This document shows, in pieces, positions 1 through 10,944 of a DNA stretch of 64,000 nucleotides (positions within the stretch are counted from its first letter, which is position 1; each line of letters begins with the position of its first letter). Below the pieces are notes generated by a model. That model was given only the letters and a program-made list of their open reading frames with translations, was not told where the DNA came from and did not search any database. The stretch comes from an uncultured Gemmatimonadales bacterium (GTDB taxonomy: Bacteria > Gemmatimonadota > Gemmatimonadetes > Longimicrobiales > RSA9). Where the stretch lies: contig CAWCRS010000001.1 in NCBI GenBank assembly GCA_963798085.1, forward strand, positions 1 through 64,000, given 5' to 3'. The translations under genes and the position numbers were made by a program.

Positions 1-62
1 AGGATACCGAAATCGCGGAGGTCATCTTTCGCACGGAGGGCACCGTGAAGGTCTGGGAATGA
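1..62 (+). CDS. 3' end of an unidentified CDS entering from the left (…DTEIAEVIFRTEGTVKVWE*)
   Basis: Open frame from base 3 to TGA at 60-62 with GC3-rich codons; too short to identify. Confidence 0.5.
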   Translation, partial: DTEIAEVIFRTEGTVKVWE

Positions 63-264
63 CGGCATGGCTACGAGCGTGCATGATGGGACTTCGTGCG
101 CCGCCTCGCCGCTGGCGACAGAGCGATTCTTCCGTCTCTCTTTCGGGGCAGGTGCTTTTCGCTGTTGCGTGTCGCTTGGGACGTGTGCAGGCGAACAGGG
201 TGGAGCCGGCCGGGATCGTGATGCGATTCGTCGCACTGAGGCGGCGACGACCCTGCCCTGCTTT

Positions 265-2189
265 TCAGACGGTGGTGGGCTGAGCGAAGCGGGCTTCGAT
301 CTGGGCGATGGACATGGGCGCGCGAACAGATAGCCCTGGCCCAGCTCGCAGCCGATGTTGCGCAGCGCAACCTCCTGATCGGCGGACTCGACGCCTTCGG
401 CGACCGTGCGCAGGGACAGCGCGCTGCCCAGTGCGACGATCGCGGATGCCAGCGCCGCGTGGGACCCACCGCGGGCGACGGGGTCGACGAAACTCTTGTC
501 GATCTTCAGCACGTCGAAGGGAAAGCGCTGCAGGTAGCTGAGCGCGGAATAGCCGGTGCCGAAATCGTCCACGGCGAGTCTCACGCCGAGCTGTTTGAGC
601 GCGGCCAGGCGTTCGTAGGCGACGTCGGGACGATCGAGTACCGAGCTCTCCGTCAGCTCCAGCACGAGCTGCGCGGGCAGCAGGCCGGATGCACGCACCG
701 CGCCGGCCACATTGCTCACGAAGTCGGGCTCGCGCAGCTGCCGGCCCGAGATGTTGACGGTGATCGTGATGGGATGCGGCGCAAGGTGAGCCGCGGTCCA
801 GCGCGCAGCCTGGGCGCACGCCTGTAGCAGCACCCATCGGCCGAGCGGCACGATCATGCCGGTTTCTTCCGCCACGGCAAGAAACCGGCCGGGCGCGATA
901 ACACCGTGTTGCGGGTGCTGCCAGCGCAGCAGCGCCTCGAAGCCGACCAGCGCCTGGTTCGCCATGTCCATGATGGGCTGGTACACGAGGTGGAACTCGC
1001 CGCGCTCCACCGCGCCGCGCATGGCATGCTCCAGCTCGATGCGCTCGAGCGCGGCGGAATGCAGCGTGCGCTCGAACATCGCGAATCCCGACTTGCCCTG
1101 GCCCTTGGCGTGGTACAGCGCGAGGTCCGCATTGCGCAGCAGCGCCTCGAACCGCGTATAGATCTGCGCGCCCCTTTCGTCCTCGCCGTCGCCGTTGCGG
1201 GAGAGTGGCAGCTCGGTGCCCGGCCAGTTCTCGAGTACCGAGTCGCCGCGCGCGATGCCAATGCTGGCGCCCAGCATCACCGATTCGGTAAGGGGAAACG
1301 GCACGCTCAGGGCGGCCAGGATGCGTTCGGCAACCACGATGGCATCGCGATCGGAGCGCACGTGCTCCAGCAGCACGGCAAACTCGTCGCCGCCCAGCCG
1401 GGCGACCGTGTCGCAGCCGCGCGTGGCGTTGAGCAGACGCTGCGCGAGCTGCACCAGCAGCGCATCGCCGGCGCCGTGGCCCATGGTGTCATTGATGAGC
1501 TTGAAGTCATCAATGTCGAGCACGAGAACCGCCAGCTGATCGGGATTGCGCAGCGTGTTGCTGATGGCGCGCTCCGTGCGCTCGCGGAAGCGCGCGCGAT
1601 TGGCCAGTCCGGTGAGCGCATCGTGAAAAGCCTGGTGCGCCAGCTGTCGCTCGAGCACCACGCGTTCCGTCACATCGCGAACGCACCAGACGCGGCCCAC
1701 GATGGCCGCGTCCAGCCGCCTGGGCCGCGAGCTGCTCTCGAACACGCGGCCATCGGCCAGGTACAGCAGGCCCGACTGTTCGTCATTCGCGTCTGCAGGA
1801 GGCGTGGCACCGGCGAGTGAATCGGGCTGCGGCTCCGCGATCTGCGCGAGCAGGCGATGCGCCAGCTCGGGCGCTCTCGCGGCTGCCACATCGGCGTCGC
1901 GCAATCCCCACAGTTCCAGGAATCGCTGATTGCAGCTGGTCACGACCCCGCCGAGATCGACCACCAGGATCCCGTCGGCCGTGGCTTCCAGTGTGGCCTG
2001 CAGCGAGAGCGCGTGCTCGCGCGCGGCCTCAGCCTCGAGTGATTGCTCGAGCAGTGCACGCTCGCGATCAGCCTGCTCGTACGCCGCGCTCACCGCCTGC
2101 AGAAACGGAGCGAGCTGCGGCGCGCTGGACGGCGCATCGCCGAAGAACTGCTGCAACTGGCGCGACAGCAGGGGATGGTGCGGTCGCAT
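265..2189 (-). CDS. PAS-GGDEF-EAL diguanylate cyclase/phosphodiesterase (one frameshift near 317)
   Basis: Hand translation from ATG 2189 (MRPHHPLLSRQLQ…): PAS (ATLEATADGILVVD), HDALTGLANR, RGCD I-site, GGDEF, YQPI, FEALLRW, DDFGTGYS, KIDKSFV, AEGVE, GQGYLFARP. Absent from the ORF track because a missing C in a C-run near 317 lets the frame run off the window. The natural C-terminus (PMSIAQIEARFAQPTTV*) is in the adjacent frame, stop at 265. Confidence 0.92.
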
Positions 2190-2296
2190 GGATGGGTCCT
2201 TCACCGCGCGCGCGGCGCGGGCATGGGGATCGTCATTGTCGCCCTCGAGAAACTGTCACCCTTGCGTCGATCGGCAACGCATGCATCTACGGAGTA

Positions 2297-2325
2297 ATAT
2301 CGGCGGGCCGGTGCAGGTCGCTTGA
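2297..2325 (-). promoter_or_regulatory. sigma28 (FliA/SigD)-like promoter TCAAG-N16-GCCGATAT
   Basis: Minus-strand match about 110 bp upstream of the GGDEF-EAL start; excellent -10 element, spacer about 2 nt longer than canonical. Confidence 0.45.
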
Positions 2326-2518
2326 GGGCGGCGGAAGAAGCGCGGGTCGCGCCGGCAACGTGACCCGTGTCGTCGCCTGCGCCCCGTTCCGTAAGCCGGT
2401 GTTACAAAACCGCGACGGGACCGGCAGAGACGGGCGGGCTGGCGCAGGTTTGCCGGCGGCGCCTGCCCCGGAACCGATCCGGGAGGTGGCTGCCGGGGTC
2501 AACCGTCGCTTTGCGCGG

Positions 2519-2788
2519 TCAGTACTCGGCGAACGCGTCGTCCGGATAACAATAGAGCCAGCGCTCGCCGGGTTCGGCGGAGGCGACGACAGGGTGTCCA
2601 ATGGCCCGCGCATGCTTCGAGGCGTGCTTGTTGGGCGAGCTGTCACAGCACAGCGTCGCACCGCACTCCTGACACGTGCGCAGATGCACCCACTGCGCGC
2701 CTGTCTTTACGCATTCCTCGCATTCGCGGCGCTTCGCGTGCTTCACGGACTTCACCACGCCAATGTGCGCACAGGCTGCCTGCGGCAT
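2519..2788 (-). CDS. UBP-type zinc finger protein
   Basis: CAH…CEEC…WVHLRTCQECG…CCDSSPNKHASKH…EPGERW pattern of bacterial zf-UBP proteins; RBS GAGGAG. Confidence 0.92.
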   Translation of the reverse strand: MPQAACAHIGVVKSVKHAKRRECEECVKTGAQWVHLRTCQECGATLCCDSSPNKHASKHARAIGHPVVASAEPGERWLYCYPDDAFAEY

Positions 2789-2800
2789 CGCTGATCTCCT

Positions 2801-4471
2801 CTATTCGTGCAGTACCTTGTGAACAAACGAAATCGCAATCGACCCCTCGCCCACGGCGGATGCCACACGCTTGACGCTGCCGGCCCGCACGTCGCCCACG
2901 GCGAACACGCCCGGCAGACTCGTCTCGAGCAGATGCGGCGGTCGAGGCACCGGCCACTTCGCGGCTCGCCAGCTCGTCGCGTGACAGTTCGCGTCCCGTC
3001 TTGATGAAGCCGTGGCTGTCGAGCGCCACGCAGCCGTTCAGCCAGTCGGTGCAAGGCGACGCACCGGTCATCACGAAGATGTGGCGAATGTCGCGCGTCT
3101 CGGTGGCGCCGTCCGCACCCCGCCAGGTCACGCGCTCCAGATGGCCGTTGCCTTCCAGTGCGCTGACCTCCGTGCGCGTGCGCAGGTCGATCTTCGGACT
3201 CTGCTCAATGCGGCTGATCAGATAACGCGACATGCTCAATGCCAGACACTCACCGCGCACGAGCATGTGGACCCTCGCCGTGGTCTGCGCCAGGAACATT
3301 GCTGCCTGGCCGGCTGCATTGCCGCCTCCCACCACCACCACTTCCTCGTCGCGGCACAGCTGTGCCTCCAGGTAGGTCGCATCATGGTAGACGCCGGCGC
3401 CGTCAAAGCGCGCATCGGATTCCACCGCGAGACGCCGGTAGGTTGCGCCGGTCGCGATCACAATGGCGTGCGCGCGCACAGGCGGTCCGTCATCCACCTG
3501 CACGGCCCAGGGCCGGCGCTCGCAGAGCAGCCGCGTGGCCTGGCGCGCGATCAGCAGCTGCGCCCCGAACTTCTGCGCCTGGGTGTACGCGCGCGCCCCC
3601 AGCTCCTGACCCGAGATGCCCGTGGGAAAGCCGAGGTAATTTTCAATGCGTGAGCTGGAGCCCGCCTGTCCGCCGGGACCGGTCGACTCGATCACCAGCG
3701 CGTCCAGGCCTTCCAATGCACCGTACACGGCGGCCGCCAGTCCGGCCGGCCCCGCGCCAATGATCACGAGGTCGCGAATCTGCGTCGCATCAATGGTCTC
3801 GTTGAAACCCAGCGCAGCCGCAATCTGCTGATTGCTCGGATTCCGCAGCACGATGTCGCCGCGCCAGATCACGACCGGCACATCACGCACCGCCACGTGG
3901 AAGCGATCCAGCAGGTCCTGTACGGAGCCTTCCCTGTCCAGGTCGATCACCGTGTAGGGGTACCCGTTGCGGGCCAGGAACGCCTTGATGCGGTGCGTCT
4001 CCGAGCACCACTCGGAACCGATCAGAACGACGTCCGCGATCCGTTCGCCAGCAGCTCGACGCGACGCAGAATGAACGCGCGCATGAGCACGTCGCTCAGA
4101 TCACTGTCGGTCTGGATGATGGCCAGCAGCGCGTCGCGGTCGACTTCGATGATTTCGCCGGCTTCCGCCACGCGGATGTGTACCAGGCTGCGGCGACCGG
4201 CCAGCAGGTTCACCTCGCCGCTGAACATGCCGGGCTCGTTCAGCCCCACCATCACGGTGGGCTCATCGGGCCGCATGATGTCGACATGCGCAGTGGCGAC
4301 CACGAACATGCGCGCCGCCGGCTCGCCCGCCTCGGTCAGCACCTCGCCCTGGGCGACGAAACGCCGGCGGCCGCGCGCCGCCATGCGTTCCATCTGCGCG
4401 GGCGTCAGCCTTGGAAACGCCTCCGGGCGCACTGCGAACGGCCGGGAGAGGATCGCGGTTTCGGTTGCCAT
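2801..4471 (-). CDS. cNMP-binding domain + thioredoxin-reductase-like FAD oxidoreductase (frameshifts near 4040 and 2964)
   Basis: N-terminal cNMP domain (AFPRLT…GMFSGEVNLL), glutaredoxin-like middle, GAGPAGLAAAVY, GGQAGSSSRIENYLGFPTGISG, VVGGGNAAGQAA. C-terminus in another frame: LETSLPGVFAVGDVRAGSVKRVASAVGEG…HE* (TAG at 2801). Confidence 0.9.
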
Positions 4472-4693
4472 GCAGCCTGGTCCCTCGTCTCGAGATGTCC
4501 GGCTCTGTTGCAAACGGGCAACCGGGTGCGTGGTCCGTGCCACGCGCCCGGAGCCCATTGAGCGCACGTGTACGCGATCAGGTCGGCGCCGACGCGGCGA
4601 ATATCACGCGAAGTCATGCGTGATACGGTAACAAACCCGGCAAGGGGCGCCGGACCCGATCGAGAATCGTCGACTGCGGTCCGTTACCCGGAA

Positions 4694-5587
4694 CTAGTGG
4701 ACGAAACGTTTGACGAACGTCATGGCCGTTTCCGCCACTTCCTGCCAGCCGTGGTCGATGACCAGCGCGTGGCCACGATCCTTCATTTCAATGATCTCGG
4801 TTACGCTCGCATTGTCCTTCTGGCGCTCGAACGACGCGTGCGCGATCGCCCACGGCACCGTGTGATCCTTCTCGCCCGAGATGATCAGCAACGGCCCCCG
4901 CTCCGGGTTCTTCGTGTCGACCTTCGCCTCGGTCCACGGATTCAGGTTGGCGGTGGCTGCCTGGAAGAGGGGCACGCCCGACGTGGGCACCGAGAATTTC
5001 TCGTACAGCTCCTTCGCTTCTTCCTCGCTCACGACATTGGCGAAGGCGTAGCGGAACTGCTCGAACGTGAGCGGTACGGCGCGGTTGCGGTTGGCCGGGT
5101 TACCCAGCACCGGCCACGCCGACTTGAGCGCGGAAAACGGCAGCGGCAGCACGCCTCGGAACGGCGCCGGATCAATGGCGACGGTCGCTGCGGCAAGGCC
5201 ACGCCCGGCGAGCATCTGCACGAGCAGGCCACCGAAGGAGTGACCAATGATCGCCGGCTTGCGGCCGAGCCCGCGGATGATCTCGTCGAAGTGATCCGCC
5301 ACCTGGCCGACGGTCTTGTGCGCGAAGACTTCGGGGTGCGCCTTGGCCTCCTCGACATTGTCCGGGTCATCGGGCCAGCCGGGCGTGAGTGCGGTGAAGC
5401 CGGCCTCTTCGAACAGCGCCGCCCAGCGGTCCCAGCTGTTGGGCAGCAGCCAGAGCCCGTGAACGAAGACGACGGGCTGCAGGCCCGTCCTGTTGGCGCG
5501 CTCGACCTGCTGCTTTTCGAAGTCGGTGATGGTAGCGGCGTCTGTCTCAGTGGACTTCCCTGTTGCGCTGGCAGTGCTCGTGGCCAT
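4694..5587 (-). CDS. alpha/beta fold hydrolase (non-heme haloperoxidase-like)
   Basis: VFVHGLW, GHSFGG nucleophile elbow, GEKDH, RGH; strong RBS GGAGGAGG before ATG 5587. Confidence 0.9.
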   Translation of the reverse strand: MATSTASATGKSTETDAATITDFEKQQVERANRTGLQPVVFVHGLWLLPNSWDRWAALFEEAGFTALTPGWPDDPDNVEEAKAHPEVFAHKTVGQVADHFDEIIRGLGRKPAIIGHSFGGLLVQMLAGRGLAAATVAIDPAPFRGVLPLPFSALKSAWPVLGNPANRNRAVPLTFEQFRYAFANVVSEEEAKELYEKFSVPTSGVPLFQAATANLNPWTEAKVDTKNPERGPLLIISGEKDHTVPWAIAHASFERQKDNASVTEIIEMKDRGHALVIDHGWQEVAETAMTFVKRFVH

Positions 5588-5934
5588 GCGAAGCCTCCTC
5601 CGGAGTGGGTCGGGACAGTCGAGGACAACCACGTCCCCGATCGATCTGGATGGCAGCGGCCGGCAGACTCTGGCAGGAACAACCACGTCGTCGCAACCCC
5701 GACTGCCCGCGACCGCGCGACAATGATACACGGTGGCACGGCGAATGGCGTCGCCGTCACGGGTAACCTTCTGCTGATCCTCATGGATGTGACGCGCATA
5801 CACGGAATTACCCATGCCGCAGCACACTCACAATTGCACATTTCCGCCGATGCGGCGCGGCTGCTGCGGGTACTATCATGGATGCGACGATCGGGTGTAC
5901 CGGTCGCCCGCACCGATGTGAAAGGAACCGGATC

Positions 5935-7080
5935 ATGAACGCAGAGCACACGACCGAGCGCGTGAACACGATCGTTGTCGGAGCAGGCCAGAGCGGACTG
6001 TCCGTTGGCTATCATCTGGCGAAGCGCGGGATTTCCTTCCTGATCCTCGAGGCCAATGCGCGCGTTGGCGACAACTGGCGCAAGCGCTGGGATTCACTGC
6101 ACCTGTTCACGCCGGCTCGCTTCGACGGGCTCGCAGGCATGCCCTTCCCGGCTCCCGTCCACGCGTTCCCCAGCAAGGACGAGATGGCCGACTATCTCGA
6201 GTCGTATGTGAAGCGGTTCCACCTGCCCGTGCGCACCGGCGTGCACGTGGAGCGGCTGGCGCGCGCCGGCAACCACTTCGTCATCGAGGCCGGCGAGCAG
6301 CGCTTCGAGGCGGAGAACGTGGTCGTCGCCATGGCCACGTTCCAGCAGCGCAGCGTGCCTGCCTTCGCACGCGAGCTGGATGCCGGCATCACGCAGCTGC
6401 ACTCCAGCGAATACCGCAACCTGGCACAGCTGCGTGAGGGCGGCGTACTGGTCGTGGGCGCGGGCAATTCGGGCGCGGAGATCGCGCTGGAAGCGGCGCG
6501 CGCGGGTTACCCGACGTGGCTGTCAGGCCGCAATGTGGGGCACATCCCCTTCCGCATCAATGGACTTCCCGCTCGCCTGTTCCTTGTGCGCCTGGTGCTG
6601 CGCGGTCTGTTCCATCGCGTGCTCACCGTGAAAACGCCCATGGGCCGCAGGATGCGGCCGAAGGCGCTGACGCACGGCGGTCCGCTGATTCGCGTGAAGC
6701 CGCAGGACCTGAATGGCGTGGGCGTGCAGCGCGTTCCCCGCACCGCGGGTGTGCGCGATGGCCGGCCGCTGCTCGACGACGGCCGCGTGCTCGACGTGCA
6801 CAATGTCGTCTGGTGTACGGGTTTTCATCCCGGCTTCTCGTGGATCGATCTGCCCGTGTTCGACGACAGAGGCGAGCCGCTGCACGAGAGCGGCATCGTG
6901 ACGCGCCTGCCGGGTCTCTACTTCGTGGGCCTGCATTTCCTGCACGCCTTGTCTTCGACCATGATTCACGGTGTGGCCCGCGATGCCGAGCGCATCGCGA
7001 GCGCCGTGGCCGCAGGCGTCGAGCGGCAACCCGCCGTGTCGCCCGACCGCAAGGCGGTCTCCTCCGGCGCGGCGGCCTGA
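5935..7080 (+). CDS. flavin-containing monooxygenase / FAD-dependent oxidoreductase
   Basis: GAGQSG FAD motif, WRKRWDSL, LHSSEY, VVGAGNSG NADPH motif, WCTGF; RBS AAAGGA. Confidence 0.9.
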   Translation: MNAEHTTERVNTIVVGAGQSGLSVGYHLAKRGISFLILEANARVGDNWRKRWDSLHLFTPARFDGLAGMPFPAPVHAFPSKDEMADYLESYVKRFHLPVRTGVHVERLARAGNHFVIEAGEQRFEAENVVVAMATFQQRSVPAFARELDAGITQLHSSEYRNLAQLREGGVLVVGAGNSGAEIALEAARAGYPTWLSGRNVGHIPFRINGLPARLFLVRLVLRGLFHRVLTVKTPMGRRMRPKALTHGGPLIRVKPQDLNGVGVQRVPRTAGVRDGRPLLDDGRVLDVHNVVWCTGFHPGFSWIDLPVFDDRGEPLHESGIVTRLPGLYFVGLHFLHALSSTMIHGVARDAERIASAVAAGVERQPAVSPDRKAVSSGAAA

Positions 7081-7086
7081 GCGGCT

Positions 7087-9770
7087 CTACTCCTCGCGCA
7101 GCACACGCGCGGGGTCGAGGCGCGTGGCGCGCACTGCCGGCGCGAGCGACGCCACGAGCGCAACCGCGATGAACAGCACGACCGCACCGGCAATCGCGCC
7201 CGCATCACGCACCTGGGCGCCGTGCACCAGCGCTGCGGTGGCACGGCCAGTCGCGAATGTGACCGCGAGTCCGGAATGGCAATGGCCACAGCCGTCATGC
7301 GCGCACTGCGGGAGAGGATCCACCCGAACACGAGTCTGCGTTCCGCGCCCAGCGCCATGCGCAGCCCGATCTCGCGCGACCGTTCGGTTACTGTAATGGC
7401 CACGGCTGAGAAGAGGCCCACCGTGGCGAGCAGCAGGGCGAGCGCGGCCACGAGCAGCAGCACCGCGGTGTGGAAGCGCGCACCCGAGAGCGAAGCGCCC
7501 ACCAGGTCCGCGACGAGGACGGTCTCCCCGCCATCCGGACCGCTGGCACGCAGCGGCTGGTCCGGATCGACGGCGTGGATGGCATCGCGAACCGGCCGCG
7601 CCAGCGCCGCGGCATCGCCGGCCGTGCGCACAATGAAGGTCTTGGATATCAGGAATTCGATGGAGTACGGCACGTACATCTCGGGCACCGCCGCCTGATC
7701 CAGGCCGAAGTGATGCACGTCTCCCAGCACGCCGACGATCTCCGCCTCGAAATCGCCACCGTATGTAATGATGCGTTTGCCAATGGGGTCGACGTTCGGG
7801 AAGTAGCGCCGGGCCAGCGCTTCGTTGATCAGGATCGTCCCGGGCTCGGGCGCCATGTCGGCTTCCGTGAATTCCCGGCCGCGCACGGGAATGCGCATGG
7901 TGCTGGCATAACCGGGACTGATGCCGCGCACACCGGCGAACGGCTGGTGCTGGGGATCGGGCGCCACGCCGGCGATGGCGAACGTCTGTTGCGAACTCGA
8001 GCCCGTGAATGGCATCGAGTTGATCATCGCCGCCAATGTCACACCGGGAATGGCGCGGATTCTCTGCAGGACTGCGCTCGTGAAGGCCGCTCGCCGTGCC
8101 TGATCGGGCACGCGATCCCGGGACAGCGCCACGGTGGCGGCCAGCACGCCGTGCGCATCGAAGCCGGGCGACTCGGCACGCAGACGCATGAACCCGCGCA
8201 GCACGAGCGACAATGCCGCCAGCAGTGCGAGCGCGAGTGCCAACTGCCCGATCGCCATCGCATCGCGCACGCGACGGGCACTGCCCGTCCTGCCGGCCCG
8301 GATCGCATCGTAGACACTGGAGCGGGCCGCACGCAGCGCGGGCAGAGCGCCCAGCAGGACGGCAACCAGCAGCGCGGTAACGGCGGTTACGGCCAGCACG
8401 CTCGCATCCATGCGTGCATTCGCGAGCCGGGGCAGGTCGCCGGGATTGAGCAGGATGATTGCCGCCAGCAGCAGACGCGCTACCACAATGCCGCCGGCAG
8501 CCGCAATGCATGCCAGCACCAGCGACTCGATGAGCGCACCGCGGATCATGCGGCCACGACCCGCACCCAGAGCAACCCGCACCGCCATCTCTTCGCGTCT
8601 CGCCAGTGCGCGATTGAGGACGAGGTTGGCCACATTCGCACACGCCACCAGCAGCAGCAGCGTCATGGCCCCCCACAGCGGGAACAGCGCCGCACGCGTG
8701 TAGCCGACGATCAGCTCCTGCCACCCGTCCAGTCGAATCGTCCAGTCCCTGTTGGATTCCGGGTACGCCGACTGCAGGCGAGCCCCCAGTGCGGCCATTT
8801 CCGCGCGCGCGGTTTCCAGCGTGGCGCCTGGCTGAAGCCGGCCCACCACGCTGTACGACCGGTCGTCGCGCCCCTGCGCGGCGGGATCGATCACGAACGG
8901 AACCCACACATCCATGCGCGCGCCGATCCATTCGCCCGGCGCATTGAACTGACGCGGCATTACACCCACGATCTCCGTCTCGCGACCGTCCAGTACGAGT
9001 GTCCGTCCAATCACGTCGGGCGCGCCGTCGTAGCGACGCTGCCAGAAGCCGTAGCTCAGCATTGCCACCGGCGCCGCACCGCGCCCGTCTTCACCGGCGC
9101 GCAAGGCGCGGCCCAGCAGCGGCTGCACACCGAATGTCGTGAAGAATGATGGCGACACGTACGCGCCGTACACGTACAGCGCGTCGCCAGCACCCGTCAC
9201 CGCCATGCTGCGCCCGCGGAACAGGCCGAAGTCCGCGAACGTTTTCGATTGCTCCCGCCAGTCGACGTAGTCGGGCACCGCGGCGTAGCCCGGCTCGCGG
9301 AAACGCGTCGCGTGCACTTCCGAAACGGCCACCAGCCGATCCGCCTGCGGATAGGGCAGCGACTTCAGCAGCACCGCATCCACGACGCCGAACGTGGCCG
9401 CGTTCGCGCCCATGGCCACGGCCAGCGTCACGATCGCCACCGCACCGTACACGGGCCGCTTGCGCAGCGCGCGCACCGCATGCTTCAGTTCGCCTAGCCA
9501 ACCCGATCCGATGCCTGCGCGCGAACGCCGCTCGGCGGAATCACGGCCCTCGCGCAACACCGCATTGCGGCGCAGCACCGGCCCGATGGATGCCGCCGTC
9601 TGCCGCCAGTACCACAGTCCGGCGCTCATGCGGCCGTGCAGTTGCGCGCGCCGTTCGAATTCCTCGTGCAGATCGCCCAGTACCCAGTCGCGATCGGGCG
9701 CGCGCACCAGCGCACGCATCAGCCATTCCGCCATGCGTGGCGGCCGCCGCCCCCGCTCGCTCCGCTGCAT
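7087..9770 (-). CDS. ADOP-family duplicated orphan ABC permease (frameshift near 7272)
   Basis: Permease-prefix N-terminus (PPRMAEWL…GDLHEEF), TLAVAMGANAATF, ACANVANL, REEMAVRVALGA, second MacB/FtsX half REIGLRMALGA. C-terminus PAVRATRLDPARVLREE* lies in another frame. Confidence 0.9.
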
Positions 9771-9786
9771 TGTCGCCTCACCGGCT

Positions 9787-9825
9787 GCCGGTATATTTGT
9801 TCTACATTATAGCAAATATGCCGGC
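9787..9825. promoter_or_regulatory. AT-rich palindromic operator overlapping a minus-strand TATAAT
   Basis: GCCGGTATATTTG…CAAATATGCCGGC (13-bp inverted repeat, 1 mismatch) around TCTACATTATAG, 17 bp upstream of the permease ATG. Confidence 0.6.
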
Positions 9826-10035
9826 GACGACCCCCGCGCAAGCCGCATGGGGCGAGGACCCTGCGGGCGCGCGCGGTGCCGCGTGACGCCGTGCCCCCGG
9901 TGTGCATCCGTGATCATTGCCGGGCCCGCTCAAAGGGCTGGCGGTACCGGCCCTGCGACGGCGCGCGCGGTCCGGGTATTGCGCCCGCCAGCCGGGATCG
10001 CTTGCTTGCGCACGGTACCCGCTCCGGAGAAGGCC

Positions 10036-10944
10036 ATGCCGCGCGCCGCACGCGTTACCGCAGTCGTGACCGCTTTCGCCCTCGCCGCCGCCGGATTCAC
10101 GGCGCGGACCGGCGGCCGTGGCGTCGTCCATCAGTCACGGATTGCAGGCGACGACGCCGCCTCTTCGCCCGCGTACACGATCAATGCGATTCGCTACGCC
10201 ACGATCCGGGGGTTTCCGCTGTCCGGCCTGGTGATCGGCGCGGCCGGCGATCAGCGTGTGGACATTGCCATGGTGGTGTGGCTGATGCGTGGCGATGGCC
10301 GGGTGATCCTTTTCGACAGCGGCTTTCATCGCGCGCGCTGGTTCTCGCAGTTCGACGTGGCCGACTATCTGCGACCGGACAGTGCGCTCATGCAGACGGG
10401 CGTGCAGCCGGATCAGGTCACGGACCTGATCATCAGCCACGCACACTGGGACCACATGGATGGCATCGACCTGTTCCCTAACGCCACGCTATGGATCCAG
10501 AAGGCGGAGTACCAGTACTACACGGGTGCGGCCTGGCAGGCGGGCGGACGCAAGGGTGGCATTGACGCGGACGACGTGCTCGAGCTGGTGCGGCGCAACA
10601 CAGCCGGCAGGCTGCGCTTCGTCGACGGCGATGACGTCGAGATGCTGCCCGGCATTCGTGCGTACACGGGTGCGCGCCACACCTTCGCTTCGCAGTACAT
10701 CCGGGTGGATGGCGATCCCGCCTTCGTGCTGGCCTCGGACAACTGCTACCTCTACCAGAATCTGGACACGCATCTGCCCAGCGCCACGTTCGAGCCGGGT
10801 GACCGGCCGGGGAACATCGCGGCGCAGGCGAGGATGATCGAGCTGGCGGGCTCGGCGGCGCGCGTCGTGCCGGGCCACGATCCACTGCAGTTCCAGCGCT
10901 TCCCCACGAACGGCCGTATTGCGCGCATTCGCGGTTCCCAATGA
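10036..10944 (+). CDS. secreted metallo-beta-lactamase-fold hydrolase (AHL-lactonase family)
   Basis: Signal peptide, FDSGF, SHAHWDHMDG (HxHxDH), LASD, VPGHD; RBS GGAGAAGG. Confidence 0.88.
   Translation: MPRAARVTAVVTAFALAAAGFTARTGGRGVVHQSRIAGDDAASSPAYTINAIRYATIRGFPLSGLVIGAAGDQRVDIAMVVWLMRGDGRVILFDSGFHRARWFSQFDVADYLRPDSALMQTGVQPDQVTDLIISHAHWDHMDGIDLFPNATLWIQKAEYQYYTGAAWQAGGRKGGIDADDVLELVRRNTAGRLRFVDGDDVEMLPGIRAYTGARHTFASQYIRVDGDPAFVLASDNCYLYQNLDTHLPSATFEPGDRPGNIAAQARMIELAGSAARVVPGHDPLQFQRFPTNGRIARIRGSQ

Noticed and set aside
906..1820. Long antisense or alternative-frame ORFs (also 4568-5938, 7470-9149, 12367-14004, 38864-40696, 53118-55223, 60519-62357)
   Set aside because: Shadows of real genes caused by high GC; they have no recognisable motifs and overlap well-supported CDS.
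2400..2411. 12-mer TGTTACAAAACC also present inverted at 62836-62847, both intergenic
   Set aside because: Only two copies, non-palindromic, with inconsistent orientation relative to downstream genes; chance cannot be excluded.
2480..2520. Minus-strand GCGCAAAGCGACGG…GGCAGCC resembling the 3' half of a c-di-GMP-I riboswitch upstream of the GGDEF-EAL gene
   Set aside because: The required 5' GGCAAA…GAAA hairpin is missing; that position is zf-UBP coding sequence.
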